From Felis catus (Eukaryota): a stretch of DNA of 64,000 nucleotides. The notes beneath the pieces are model-generated. The model saw only the letters and a program-made list of their open reading frames with translations, was not told the origin of the DNA and ran no database searches. Position numbers and translations under genes: made by a program. Positions 52,529-64,000 of this stretch are shown piece by piece. Location: NCBI RefSeq assembly GCF_018350175.1, contig NC_058368.1:50407815-50471814 (forward strand). The letters run 5' to 3'. Positions within the stretch are counted from its first letter, which is position 1. Each line of letters begins with the position of its first letter.

Positions 52529-52749
52529 GGGGCGCCTGGGTGGCGCAGTCGGTTAAGCGTCCGACTTCAGCCAGGTCATGATCTCGCGGTCTGTGAGTTC
52601 GAGCCCTGCATCAGGCTCTGGGCTGATGGCTCAGAGCCTGGAGCCTGTTTCCGATTCTGTGTCTCCCTCTCTCTCTGCCCCTCCCCCGTTTATGCTCTGT
52701 CTCTCTCTGTCCCAAAAATAAATAAACGTTGAAAAAAAATTAAAAAAAT
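52529..52749 (+). mobile_element. Young felid CAN-SINE inside L1
   Basis: TSD AAAAGAATATAAAATCCA(G) at 52511 and 52750. Confidence 0.97.
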
Positions 52750-54087
52750 AAAAGAATATAAAATCCAGAAGTAAACCCATGATTATATGGTCAATTAATC
52801 TTCAACACAGTCAAGAATATGCAATGGGGAAAAGGCAGTCTTTTCAACAAAACTGTGTTGGGAAAACTGGACAGCTACCTGCAAAAGAATAAAATTGGAA
52901 CACTTTTTACCATATACACAAAAATAAACTCAGAATGGGTTAAAGATCTAAATGTGAGAACTGAAACCAAAAATTTTCTAAAAGAGACTGCAAGCAGTAA
53001 TTTCTTTGATTTCAGCCACAATTTTCTAGATATGTCTCCTAAGGAAAGGGATGCAAAAGCAAAAATAAACTATTGGGACTACATCAAAATCAAAAAAAAA
53101 ACCAAAAACCTTTGCACAGCAAAGGAAATAATCGACAAAACTAATGGACAGTTTACTGAATGGGAGAAGGTATTTGCAAATGACATATCCAATAAGGGAT
53201 AGCATCCAAAATGCAACTCAACCCCAAAAAATAAACAATCCAATTAATAAATGGGCAGAAGACATGAACAGATATTTCTCCAAAGAAGACATACAGATGG
53301 CGAACAGACACATGAAAACATGCTCAACATCACTGACCATCAGAGAAATGCAAATCAAAACCACAATGAGATGTCACCTCACACCTGTCAGAATGTAAAG
53401 GAAAAAACACAAGAAAAAAAATGTTTGTGAGGAGGTGGATAAAATGGAACTCTTGTGCACTGTTGGTGGAGCTACTGTGGAAGAGAGTATGCAGGTTTCT
53501 CAGTAAATTAAAAATAGAGTTACCATATGATCCAGTAGTTCTATTACTGGGTATTTACCCAAAGAATATGAAAACAGTAATTGGAAAAGATATGTGTACC
53601 TATATGTTTATTGCAACATTATTTACAATAGCCCAGATATGGAAACAGCCCAAGTGTCCATCAGTAGATGAATAATTCCATTATATATAATGGAATATTA
53701 TTCAGGTGCAAAAAAAGAATGAAATATTGCCATTTGCAACAAGATGGAGGGATCTAGAGGGCATAATGCTAAGTGAAATAAGTCAGTCAAAGAAAGACAA
53801 ATACTATATGATTTCACTTGTATGTGAAATTTGAAGGAAAAAAACCCAAAAGAACAAAGAGAAAAAGAGACAAACCAGAAAAAAATAGGCTCTTCACTAT
53901 GAGGAACAAACTGATGACTACCAGATAAGAGGTGGGGGGGGGGGGAGACAGGTGAAAAGGATTAAAAGTGTACTATCGTGATGAACACTGAGTAATACAT
54001 AGAATTGTTGAATCACTGTAGTTTATACCTGAAGCTAATACAGCACTGTATATTAACTATACTGGAATTCAAATAAAATAAAAAAAA

Positions 54088-54252
54088 TAGAGCATAAGAA
54101 ATACTGTTTGTGATATTATAATAATGATATAATGGGACAGATGGTAGCTATACTTGTGGTGAGCATAAAAAAGTGATAAACTTGTCAAATCACTAAGTCA
54201 TACACCTAAACTAAAGTTACAGTGTGTGTCAACTAAAACAAAACAAAACAAA
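54088..54252 (+). mobile_element. Second L1 3' terminus directly after the main L1
   Basis: GACAGATGGTAGCTATACTTGTGGTGAGCATA, same family as 47300; (AAAAC)n tail. Confidence 0.75.
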
Positions 54253-55425
54253 ACTTTTGGCGGTGTATGCCAGAAAGAAATAGAAATTCTATTTCTAAAG
54301 AAAAAAGAAATTCTTTTTTAACAGATGGAAAGAGTGATCAAATATACATGAAAGGTAGAGACAAAGACAGAGACAACCTCCATAGAAAAATGAAAAGAAA
54401 ATATAGGCTCAGATGTCCTTTCACTGAAGCCAAGATTTCTTGCAAAGAGAGTGCTCTGAAATCTCAAATTTGTGGAAGAAACTCTCTCTGGCAATTAGTT
54501 ACTTGTGGTTGGCAAGAGATTAAACTTCTTCACGATGTGTCAAATGTCTTCAGTTTCACTCAACTGCCACAGACACTACCCACACAACAGTAACTGGCTC
54601 TGGTTGGCTCAACAAAGATGCTCTTGTGAGTGAATTAAGACCAAAATAACTTTTCCTCTTCCTAGTCCTGCAGAAGAGAAACAATAGTGAGACTTACAAT
54701 CAAATTTAGGCCATTCAAAAAGAAGAATGTGCTTTCTCATCTTCTGATTTGAAACATTCAGACACCACTTTTGGTAATACTCTTATTACTCTCAAGAGGA
54801 CAAAAATGAGTAAACTGTTACAGAGTGAAAGCTGTACCTTTTTTTCTCAGAATAGACCACATGTTTAAGCATTTCTTTCAGTAGAAATTCCATGTGGTTA
54901 CTAGGTGGCAAAAATGCTTCCAGTTTTGATTGGAGTCATAATTAGTGACTTTCCATTGGAGTCTAACTGGGAATAACTAATGTCGAAAAGAAGTCACAGA
55001 TTAAAATGAAGCAAGATTTACTGAGGTTTGTCCTTCATAACCATGGAAAATTTAAAACATAAGGATATCAAATCCACTCTAGTCTGAATTGGATATTGAC
55101 ATACTTGCTGCATTGGGGTCTGTGGCAAGCAGGATTACTCATCCATATAGGCTATAAACCTAATTAAGGAGTTAATATATGATGGGGTAAGCTGAGATGC
55201 AAGTTGGAGAGGGATTATTATTTCTAGAAAACTTTGGTGATGAGTCTTAACTAAGAATATCACCTATGGACATGAAGGTATTTGCTCAAACATAAAGACA
55301 TTTTCTCTGAGAGACTAAAAAGCAATTGCTTCTATTTGGAATAAAAACGCCATTTGGAATATTTGCTCCAAGTCTAGTTCTTTTCTCTTATATATTAGAA
55401 ACGAGTAATTAAAATGATATATTAG

Positions 55426-55545
55426 GGATGCCTGGCTGGCTCAGTCAGTGGAGTGCATGACTCTTGATCTCAGAGTTGTCAGTTTGAGCCCCACGCTGCA
55501 TGTAGAAAATATTTAAAAACAAAATCTTTAAAAATAAAATAAAAT
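55426..55545 (+). mobile_element. Short old-type CAN-SINE without CT tract
   Basis: GGGATGCCTGGCTGGCTCAGTCAGTGGAG...GACTCTTGATCTC...GAGCCCCAC followed by an A-rich tail. Confidence 0.8.
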
Positions 55546-55558
55546 GAGATAATAATGT

Positions 55559-56604
55559 GCACATTGGTTTCCTTGGGCTGCATAGTGAAGTAACAAGAAC
55601 TGGGTGGCTTAAAATTACAGAAATTTATTGTCTCCCTGTTCTGAATGCTAGAGGTTCAAAACTGGCGGGTTGATTCTCTCTGAGAACTGTACAAGGAAGT
55701 TTTTCTGTGTCTCCCCTGCAGCTTCTGATGGATCACTGACAATCTTTGGCTCGTAGACACGTAATTCCTATCTCCACTTTTACCTCACATAGTGTTCTCC
55801 CTGTGTTTCTTCTGTCTTTTCATATATTGTCGTTCTTTACTCATGTTTGTCTCTGTGTCCAAATGCCCCCTTTTTAAAAGGACACCAGTCATATTGGATT
55901 AGAGCCCAGCCTCATGACCCCATTATAAGTTGATTATCTCTGTCTGTAATGACTCTATTTTTAAATACGTTTATATTCTGAGGTGTTACCAGGTCACTGG
56001 GTTCTTGTCCCAGATACACCAAAGAACTGGAGACCCAAGACCAGAATGGGGAGATAGAGTTTATTGAATAGATAAGTATAGTGCATTTCAAGTGTGAAGG
56101 TGGAGCACTGCCGGAGCAAGAGTGGCAATGGCACCAAAAAACTCTAGCTGCATCCTTGTGAGCCTGCTTATTGCATATGTAAATTTGGGTTTGATTGACA
56201 TTTTGATTGATAGCTCTTTGTTATATAACATTTTGGCCTCTGCGCATGTGCCTACCCATGATGCATTCTGTTATAATTGTAGTTATTTATGTATTGTATA
56301 TTGATGAGTGTCTAATGAGCTGTTGTTGTGACCTTAAAGGTAGTTAAGGACAAGTTGGACCCTTTGTGTGCATGCTTAGCTCTTAGAAGTCCCCTGTGGC
56401 TTTTGGGCCAGTTCTGTGCTAGGCTTTTCCTGTGCTAGGCTCTTACGGGTGGCTCTGAAGGTGTGGCTGTTAACCTTCCAGGGTGGCTCCCAGGGGATGG
56501 CCAGGATTTCCTCGCTTCTGCCTAACTAACTGCCTGACAGAGGTGCTGGAGGTTAGGACTTCCAACATATCTTTTTTTGAGAGGCTGCAGTTCAGCCCAT
56601 AACA
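55559..56604 (-). mobile_element. MLT1 (MaLR) LTR split by a solo LTR
   Basis: CTGGGTGGCTTAAAA..CAGAAATTTATT; AAGGACACCAGTCATATTGGATTAG; ...TTCAGCCCATAACA end. Confidence 0.85.
55984..56539 (-). mobile_element. 556-bp solo LTR, ERV1-like
   Basis: TGT...ACA ends, 4-bp TSD GAGG (55980-55983, 56540-56543), minus-strand AATAAA near 56060. Confidence 0.85.
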
Positions 56605-57564
56605 ATGTTTTATCAATAAAGCTCTTTTTTAAGGATATGTGATTCCTAATGTTTTATGCAGATACAGAAGTTGGCTTACAAATCTTATGCATGGAAACAG
56701 TGTAAATCTTCTACCTTGTGGAAGCTTTCTGAAACTATGGGCCCATGACACCTGAAACCTGCAGCAGTTACTATAGGTAGGTATTGGAGATGCTAATCAC
56801 TTTGTAGAAAGTGAAACAGTAACATTTCATTCAAGGTAGCTTTTCCTAAAGAGATGCAAGCTAGAGAAACTCCATTAATGGGCAAGAGAAAGTAGACTGC
56901 TCCTTCTTTTATTTGTCTAAATTCAAAGGCAGCAGGAAGGAGACTCTTTGCTCCCCAGTGCTGTTCCCTGGATGGCATTATTTTAGCACGACGAACAAAC
57001 AACTACCTACCACAATACTTCTTTTGAAGTTCACATTCAAGCTATCTTTCCAACAGTTGGCTAGCCTCTAGGGTTCATGCCCATGGACTCTAGTAATTAA
57101 ACCACTACTAGCTCATAGTAGTTCTTTATACTCCTTTCCTGTTCCTACCACTATAACAGATTTTATGAGAACTATCCGAACTAGGCACAGGTCACTGATT
57201 TCTTCTATTCACTCTACCCTACACACACACACGCATACCACCCCCCCCCCCCCAATCAGTAGAGATATAACTGCTCATTCATGTATGGCAACAGTCAGTA
57301 TTCAGCAAAAGTTCACTCCTTCACCCCAGATGGTGATGAGATCTCCTAGAAAAGTTCTTATACACTAATTCATGTTCTTCCTTTAACCCCATTAATGCTA
57401 TGAAGTGCTTGCTTTGAACCAGGTTATTAATTGAAATTTATAATTATTAAACTGGAAGCAAGACTCTGGAAGGATGAGAAGAGGGAAAAATGCTAAGTAA
57501 GCAGCTGCCTCTGGTGTTACTCCTAAGTCACCCCACTCTTCTCTCAGGGACTTGATGTTTTTTG

Positions 57565-57601
57565 TCATTATTATTTTTTATTTTTTTAATGTTTATTTAT
57601 T

Positions 57602-57638
<37 letters not shown>

Positions 57639-57802
57639 ATGAACAGGGGACAGGCAGATAGAGAGGGAGACACAGAATCTGAAGCAGGCTCCAGACTCTG
57701 AGCTGTCAGCACAGAGCCCAGTATGGGGCTTGAACTCATGAATGGTGATATCATGACCTGAACCAAAGTCAGATGCTTAACTGACTAAGCACCCATGCGC
57801 CC
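57565..57802 (-). mobile_element. CAN-SINE
   Basis: Core and (GA)n. Confidence 0.95.
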
Positions 57803-58519
57803 TAAGAGACGTGATTTTGATATCAAAGTAACTTGCTCATTGACTAACCTTAAAGTGTTTAAGAGATACTTTGACATTCTTAATTGGCTGATGACTTACA
57901 AAAATTTGAACTCCTGCTTTCCTAACAGCTGTTATAACAATGTTCTCAGCCATAAACATGATTCAAGTGTATTAAAAAAAAAAACTACCCTCATTTGATG
58001 AATAGCTTTAGAAGACTTTATACTGTATTTAAATTCCATTTCACCAATGCCTGTATTGAGAAAATATGGTCTTCTAGGCCATTTACTTTTTTAAAACAAG
58101 AAAAATGACAGGAATTTAATCAACCCTTATATAGGTACACTTTGGAGAGGAAAGAAAATAGGTGGATAATTTGACTTGGAGTATCAGAGGAGACAAACAT
58201 GAAAGAAATAAAACTCTGAAGTTAGGGTTGGAAATCTGTAGCCAATTACAGTCAGACGATTTCTCGCGGTGTGAGAAGTGACTGCAATTGTGGGGCCCAA
58301 AGGGAGAGGAAACTCAACAGGGCATCTGTTAGCATCATCCTAGGCACTTTGGGAGCGTTAGGTCTGTTGTGCATATTGGAAGGCCCACATGTTCCCTACT
58401 TTGGTTTAAACACACTCAGCAATCAGCAGCTGGGTTTTATCTTATTATTTAATTTATGGGTATTCTTATGCCCTTAAAATAATCACAATTCCCAATACCC
58501 AATTTCTTTCTTCCAGCTT

Positions 58520-58710
58520 TGCCACCGATTCCACTGTGTTCTTGGACATTCAATCCCCTTTGTCATTCCTTGGTTTCCTCATTTGCAAGCACAGGGACAT
58601 TACACTTGTCACTTCCTTCTCTCAGACCGCTGGGAAGATTAATGGCATAATATGCTTAAAGCCTGTTGGACTCTTTCGAAACAAGGTGCTACATATGCAC
58701 AGTATTTCAT
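58520..58710 (+). mobile_element. MIR relic
   Basis: GGTTTCCTCATTTGCAA...GAAGATTAA. Confidence 0.5.
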
Positions 58711-59359
58711 CCTTATTGATCTCCACTTTGAGGGAAAATGAAGTAAAATGAACACAGCTGGGGTTTAGCTTAGAGTAGGATTCAGGGACTGAAACTATCA
58801 TTTGGGAAAATAATTCCTCTTACTTTGGAAGAGGGTTTCTGTTCAAGAACCCTGAGAATGAGAGCCTGAACATTTTCCTTCCATAATTGATTCTCTGTGT
58901 GATGATTCTCTCTGAGGCTCATTGTCATCTCATTTCCTGGTAACATGCAAAGTTTGTGCTTTTCTCCATAATTTATAGAAACTGTGTCACAGAAAGTAGA
59001 AGTCGTCTTAAAAATAAAAAGTGGCAAGTTAAATTATGCAAGATGGGATTTCTATGAAAACAATGGGGAAAAAGTAAGTTCTATCATTTTTTTTTTTCTT
59101 CAAGAAATAAAGTTCAGATGTTAGAGTCTGGACTTTTGAAATTGTAGCCATAACTAACAGTATCAAAACAATTGCATTTCTCAGAGCAGAGACCAGGAAA
59201 CATTTTCACATGGATCATTGGTGTGAGGGGACACATAGGATTCACAAGAGGGCCCCTCAAACCTTTGATCCCATGTACAGGGGATACCGAGGGCCACTAA
59301 AAACACTAACATCTTATTGAATATTTACAGGGTTCCTCACATTTCCATACAGTATCTTG

Positions 59360-59440
59360 GTTTTTTTTTCTATTATTATTTAAAGTTTACTTATTTTTGA
59401 GAGAGAGAGTGTGTGAGCAATCAGGAGAGGGGCAGAGAGG

Positions 59441-59529
<89 letters not shown>

Positions 59530-59647
59530 TATCCTAAGAAGGCTCCACGATGTCAGTGCAGAGCCCGACATGGGGCTTGATGTCACAAACCTTGAGATCA
59601 TGACCTGAGCCAAAATCAAGAGTTGGAGGCCTAACCGACTGAGCCAC
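59360..59647 (-). mobile_element. CAN-SINE with (TA)n(GA)n compound microsatellite, inserted in a MIR
   Basis: TSD-like CATACA(G/T)TATCTTG; extreme 5' end of the SINE is missing. Confidence 0.9.
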
Positions 59648-59649
59648 AT

Positions 59650-60500
59650 ACATTATCTTGTTTAATCTTCACAACAATTCTATTATTTTCCTCATTTCCA
59701 AAGTTAGGTGAAATAACTTGTCTGAGTTCACACAGCTAAGAAGTAGAAAAGCCTGGACTGAGAGTTATCTGGCATAAATCTGTGCCTACCATATTCTACT
59801 GTTTCTGAGAAGGAGTCCAAAAGCGGATCAGTGAGTGTCCTTTTGTTAAAACAAGTGTCTGATTCCTCCACTAGGTTGCAAGCTCTTTTGAGGGCATTGA
59901 ATGTGTCATGTTCATATTGTGGGAAACCCAATCATAAGCCCAGTGTCTGTGCATAGGAAAGATATCTGCAAAGGAGATATTGTTATCTCCTTGATGTAGA
60001 TAAGAAACCTGAGGCTTTAAGACATTAAGCAATGTGCCCATAATCCCATAGCTGGTAAGGAGCAAAGCCAGGATTGTCATTCAGGACTTCAGACTCTGGT
60101 CCATGGCTCTTCCCATGACACTGCAGCTACTTCTACTCTTTTTGTCCTCTGTGTTCCCAAGTTTCTAATTTTACAAGGTTCTTGGTCACATTTTAAGCTC
60201 TGTAAATAACTTAGGGAACATGCTATGTACGTTGAAACAATAGGTACCTTTAGCCTTCAAAAGACAGAGAGACAAGTAGACATTTACAGTTTCTGCAAGG
60301 TACCGTGCATGTTGCTAAGTATATTACTAATCCCATCTAATTTAATTTTCTTAACTATTCTATGACATAATAGTACTATGGTCCCATTTTACAGATGAGG
60401 AAACTGAGGAAAATAGAGGTTAAATTACCTGTCCAAGGTCACACAGTCATTTATACCCAGGTCAGCCTGACTCCAAAACCCAAATTCATGTAACTACACT
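59650..60500 (-). mobile_element. Cluster of three MIR fragments
   Basis: For example CCCATTTTACAGATGAGGAAACTGAGG...CCAAGGTCACACAG at about 60383-60446. Confidence 0.75.
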
Positions 60501-61079
60501 ACACTATGGTAACACAGTTCGGTGTCTCTCAAAGCTTTATTTTAATCTAATTGGACAGTGAATGACCAAGACGACTTCTGTTTCCCTTACTTAAGAGGCA
60601 GATTTCTTCGAGTCTTTTTGCAGTTCAGTGTCAAAACAGTATTTCCATTGAGATATTTCAGTGTGATTAGTACTTATTAATGAAGTGAGCTGAAAAAACG
60701 ATGGAAGTTTATAACAGGAACAGTTCCTTCAGGGAGGGCTAGAATTCTTTGTCTGTGTTCTTCTGTCTTCTGCCAGGCTGCTTAGGGCACTCACCCACCG
60801 AGGGCCTTCAGCTGTATCAGAAGTGCTGGCCTTCTCATCAGCATCAGATAATCACTGGTTTCATGTTTCCACCCACCTGGCCTTCTTGTTGCAAATCGCT
60901 GACATTCTTTCTTTCAGGGAGAGCCAGGAGCCAGTAACTATAATCCCTTTCTGTCCTTTGCCTCAGCCTCCTCTTCTTTTTATCTATAGAGACTTTGTAC
61001 CCACACTTAAGGGGAAAGCTGCTGTCAGGATGCAACCAAAAGCCTAGGCCAGTGACAGTTGGGCAGGAATGAGATTCCT

Positions 61080-61825
61080 GGCACACGTGCGAAGGAAGTG
61101 AGTTGGGGCAAAAGGAATGATGATGATAAATTAAAATAATGCTGAAGCAAAGTGGAATAGCAGCTGGTATGTGGAAAGTGCCATTAATGTTCTAAAGGGA
61201 ACCTAAAGTCATTCTTGGAAATGTAATCTATAAGGGGAAACTACAACCCAAGAATTTGTTTTTATGGTCGTCTCGCTTCCCAATAAAGAGATGAGATGCC
61301 ACATGGCAGCCAGGTTGTGAAAAAGTCAGAAATTTTGAACATTTGCCTCCTTGATTTTTGGATAGGGACAGTTGTATATCACATCCATGCATGTATCTGG
61401 CATGTCTTAAAGAATCAGTCTTACGTCCTGAAATGAATGCTCCAAGCTTCATGTCTCAGCCTTCAGGATCCCCCCGCCCCCGACATGCACTTTCACAGGT
61501 GTTTGGGTGTGGGGTAGAGGTGAGGGAATACTTCTAGCTCCTGCATCCCCTTACTGACACAGCACTTGGAGTATGCTTCTTGAACCTGGCAAAGGTCATA
61601 CTGCCCCCAGAGACGGACCGTGAATAGCCCGCCAGGTTGTCGGATCTTCTGGCTGGGGAATTAGATTTGGGGCTTCCCACAGGAAGTCTGGCGGGACTTT
61701 TCTACCTGCTTAAGCTGGTGGCCTCCGGGATAGGGGGGACAACAGTAATCTATCATATTCTTCTGGTGCTATATTTGGTGCAGCACCATGCCCAAATTGC
61801 ACTGAAATCTTTTGTGTGGTTAGAG
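61080..61825. promoter_or_regulatory. Candidate immune-type enhancer or alternative promoter
   Basis: Clustered NF-kB, ETS, RBPJ, E-box, GC-box and RUNX-like motifs with locally retained CpGs. Confidence 0.45.
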
Positions 61826-62164
61826 ATCTTTCACATCTTTCTTTTTCGTTAAAATGAAGATGTTTTTACTGAAATCAAGCATCATTATCCTGCCAAATCA
61901 ATAAAACTGGGGCCGGATCATCTCTTCTTGCTCCCAACTTGTGAATTAAGGAGATTTTCTTTGTCTAACTCTTCTTCTGCAAAGGGTGATTCTCTTCACT
62001 AATGCTTCACTCGGTCAGAAAACTTTGTGAGGCTGGCAAGGCTCACACGTATCCAGAGCTCTCCTAACTTCCTAGCACCAGCAGCCCTTCTCCAGAGAGC
62101 CAGTTTGCTAGACGAAGACTGGCTCCAGACAGCAGCTGATATCCAATTGCCTCACAAACCAAAA

Positions 62165-62350
62165 ACGTTTAGTGTGAAGTTAGGATGCAGGCTCTGGAGT
62201 CACTGCGGCTGGTTTCAAACCCTTCCGTGGTACTAGCTGTGTGACGTTGGCTGAGTTATTAAACTCTCTAAGCCCAGTTTGGAAACAGAGGCCCTAATTT
62301 CTATCCCATAGACTGTGGCAATGGAGGGTGTTAGGCTTTCAAAGTACCGT
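62165..62350 (+). mobile_element. MIR
   Basis: CAGGCTCTGGAGTCA...TACTAGCTGTGTGAC. Confidence 0.65.
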
Positions 62351-64000
62351 AGGTACGTGGTCCTCTCACTACAGACTGGAAGCCTTGGCTCCAGCTGCCA
62401 CATGGCTGTGAATGTGGCCACCAGCAGCGTTACTACAAAGAGCTGAGCAGACAAGAACAAATGGGGTTAGCACACATATGAACTGGAAGATTTGTAAAAC
62501 CCTAGCTATCCCTACTCAACCAAGCCAGCATCCTCTTATTGGAAATATTTGGGAGAAGTTTTAGTTGCCGGTAGAATGTAATGCAAATGAGGATGAAGCC
62601 AAATACCTACTGTCTTTTGACTATTACGAATGTTAGCTATTATGGTTTATACACCCAGGGCTGTTGTGGCCTATGAAACACCTGTTACATATCTATTTAT
62701 CTGAGTCTATCCTTAGTTATTTTATGTACAGCCAGTGTTTCGGCCATAGAGCTCTTATAAAAAGGAAAGATTGGATAATTAAGTCAAATCGTATGATTTC
62801 CTGAAATTAACAATAGGCTTTCTATTTTGTATTCCTGTCTCTCCCTCTAGAATTTTCATTTTCACAGGTGAGATTGGTTCATCCTGAAATTTAAGTAGAA
62901 TGAAGAACAGGCAAACTCAAATAGAAAAATAAATGCAGGTCATCCAAACTGAAATTGTATTCTGGGTCATCCACAAAATGTCTTTGACCTCCTTTTGTTT
63001 CCACAGCTGTAAAATGGAAAAATTACAGCCAATTCCATAATTTTAAGAGTAATGAACAAAGCACTAGAAAGTACTTTTAAAATTAAAGTCATGCCCATCT
63101 TAATTTCCAGCTTTAAGCACAAAGGTGACGCACAACAGGCAGTTAAATAGTCTGTCTCATGAGTAAAATAGTATTTTATGTGGTATATGGTTCTTTGTTT
63201 CCCTAGGAAATTCTATTATGGAGCAAAACAAAAAAACAAAACCAAAAACAACAGACAAACAAAAAAAAAACCCACCCCATTTAGTTGGGAGTCAGGAATC
63301 CTGGATTCTAGTTCCAGAATGACCTTGGATTAATGAGGTGACTTCCCATCTTGGAATTTTTATGTTCCTTATTTGCTACTTAAAGGAGTTGATGCTCTCT
63401 GGTTCCTCCTTTCATTGCCAACACACTAATGATTTTATTTAATCAATAATGTAGAACGATTATGGTATCAACAGTTCTCTTCTGAGATCTAGCAGAGGTC
63501 AAATGGTTCAGGAGAGTGGGGAAGGGAGAAGAGGAGGAGGGAGAGGAAGATGTGGGAGAAGAGGAAGAAATGGATAGGAAGAGGGGGAAGGAAAAGGAAG
63601 ATTCCTTTAGATGCCATGGAGCAGTACTGGCCCCACATTGATACTATGAAATACCCATGGTTTATCTTTGTACTTTTCACCATTCTGTATTAATTCAGTT
63701 CCCAGCTCCCATACTCTCTACAGATATCCAGATGAACAGTGTCTAGCTGATGTTCTAATCTTCCCACCCTCCTTAGGTGTGCCCTCCCCTCAAGAGTCCC
63801 CATACCTGAAAATCTCCTCTCTTTCCTCACATATCTGAGTCCAGCTGCAAGTTGGGAGATACTTAACTAATTAATTAATGCCTAAATGAGAATGACTTAA
63901 TCTCTAACCCTCCTCCAGATACTTAATCAATTATACTTTTTTTGAAAAGGGTGCCTGCAACTAGCCTGTTAGCAGAGAATGAAGTGAGGGGCAAATCCAA

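Larger units (their letters stand above)
50845..54087 (+). mobile_element. Carnivore L1, 5'-truncated, disrupted ORF2 (RT region to 3' UTR)
   Basis: ORF fragments NYRSISLMN...[40 protein letters not shown] and A tail. Confidence 0.95.

Noticed and set aside
50905..54258. AAAACTTTT on both sides of the L1 as a TSD implying 3' transduction
   Set aside because: The left copy lies inside L1 ORF2-homologous sequence, so it is not a target duplication
54276..54296. Palindrome AGAAATAGAA-A-TTCTATTTCT
   Set aside because: Short, AT-rich and low-complexity, with no supporting context
1211..59647. Recurrent ~200-bp repeats as tRNA genes or a CRISPR-like array
   Set aside because: Dispersed on both strands with CT tracts, A tails and TSDs, so they are tRNA-derived SINEs. 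There is no repeat-spacer periodicity.
63505..63600. Polypurine GA-rich tract (possible triplex or G4)
   Set aside because: Ordinary low-complexity sequence with no evidence of function
203..63683. Supplied six-frame ORFs as protein-coding genes
   Set aside because: All are 168 aa or shorter. They map to SINEs, microsatellites, L1 or ERVL relics, or are low-complexity chance ORFs; many start at TTG/GTG, which is not a normal mammalian start.

Overview
Mammalian, AT-rich, repeat-dense non-coding DNA (intronic or intergenic), almost certainly from a felid. The evidence is about 28 tRNA-derived CAN-SINEs, including near-consensus young cat-type copies (GGGGCGCCTGGGTGGCGCAGTCGGTTAAGCGTCCGACTTCAGCCAGGTCACG...). 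The window also holds carnivore and older L1 fragments, MIR/L2 relics, Tigger/MER DNA transposon relics, MLT/ERVL/MER31/ERV1-type LTR relics and a U6 snRNA retrocopy. None of the supplied ORFs is a credible host gene: they come from SINEs, microsatellites, decayed L1 ORF2 or ERVL pol, or are chance ORFs. I cannot name a host gene and see no CRISPR, operon or other novel system. The best leads are: several RFX X-box palindromes (one next to a forkhead site); an NF-kB/ETS/RBPJ motif cluster at about 61.1-61.8 kb; two frame-compatible candidate micro-exons; and several unusual insertion structures (a U6 copy with an inverted target copy, a twin-primed L1, and a duplication bracketing an ERVL fragment). 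Repeat family names come from recalled consensus sequences, and boundaries without a stated TSD or TIR are approximate.
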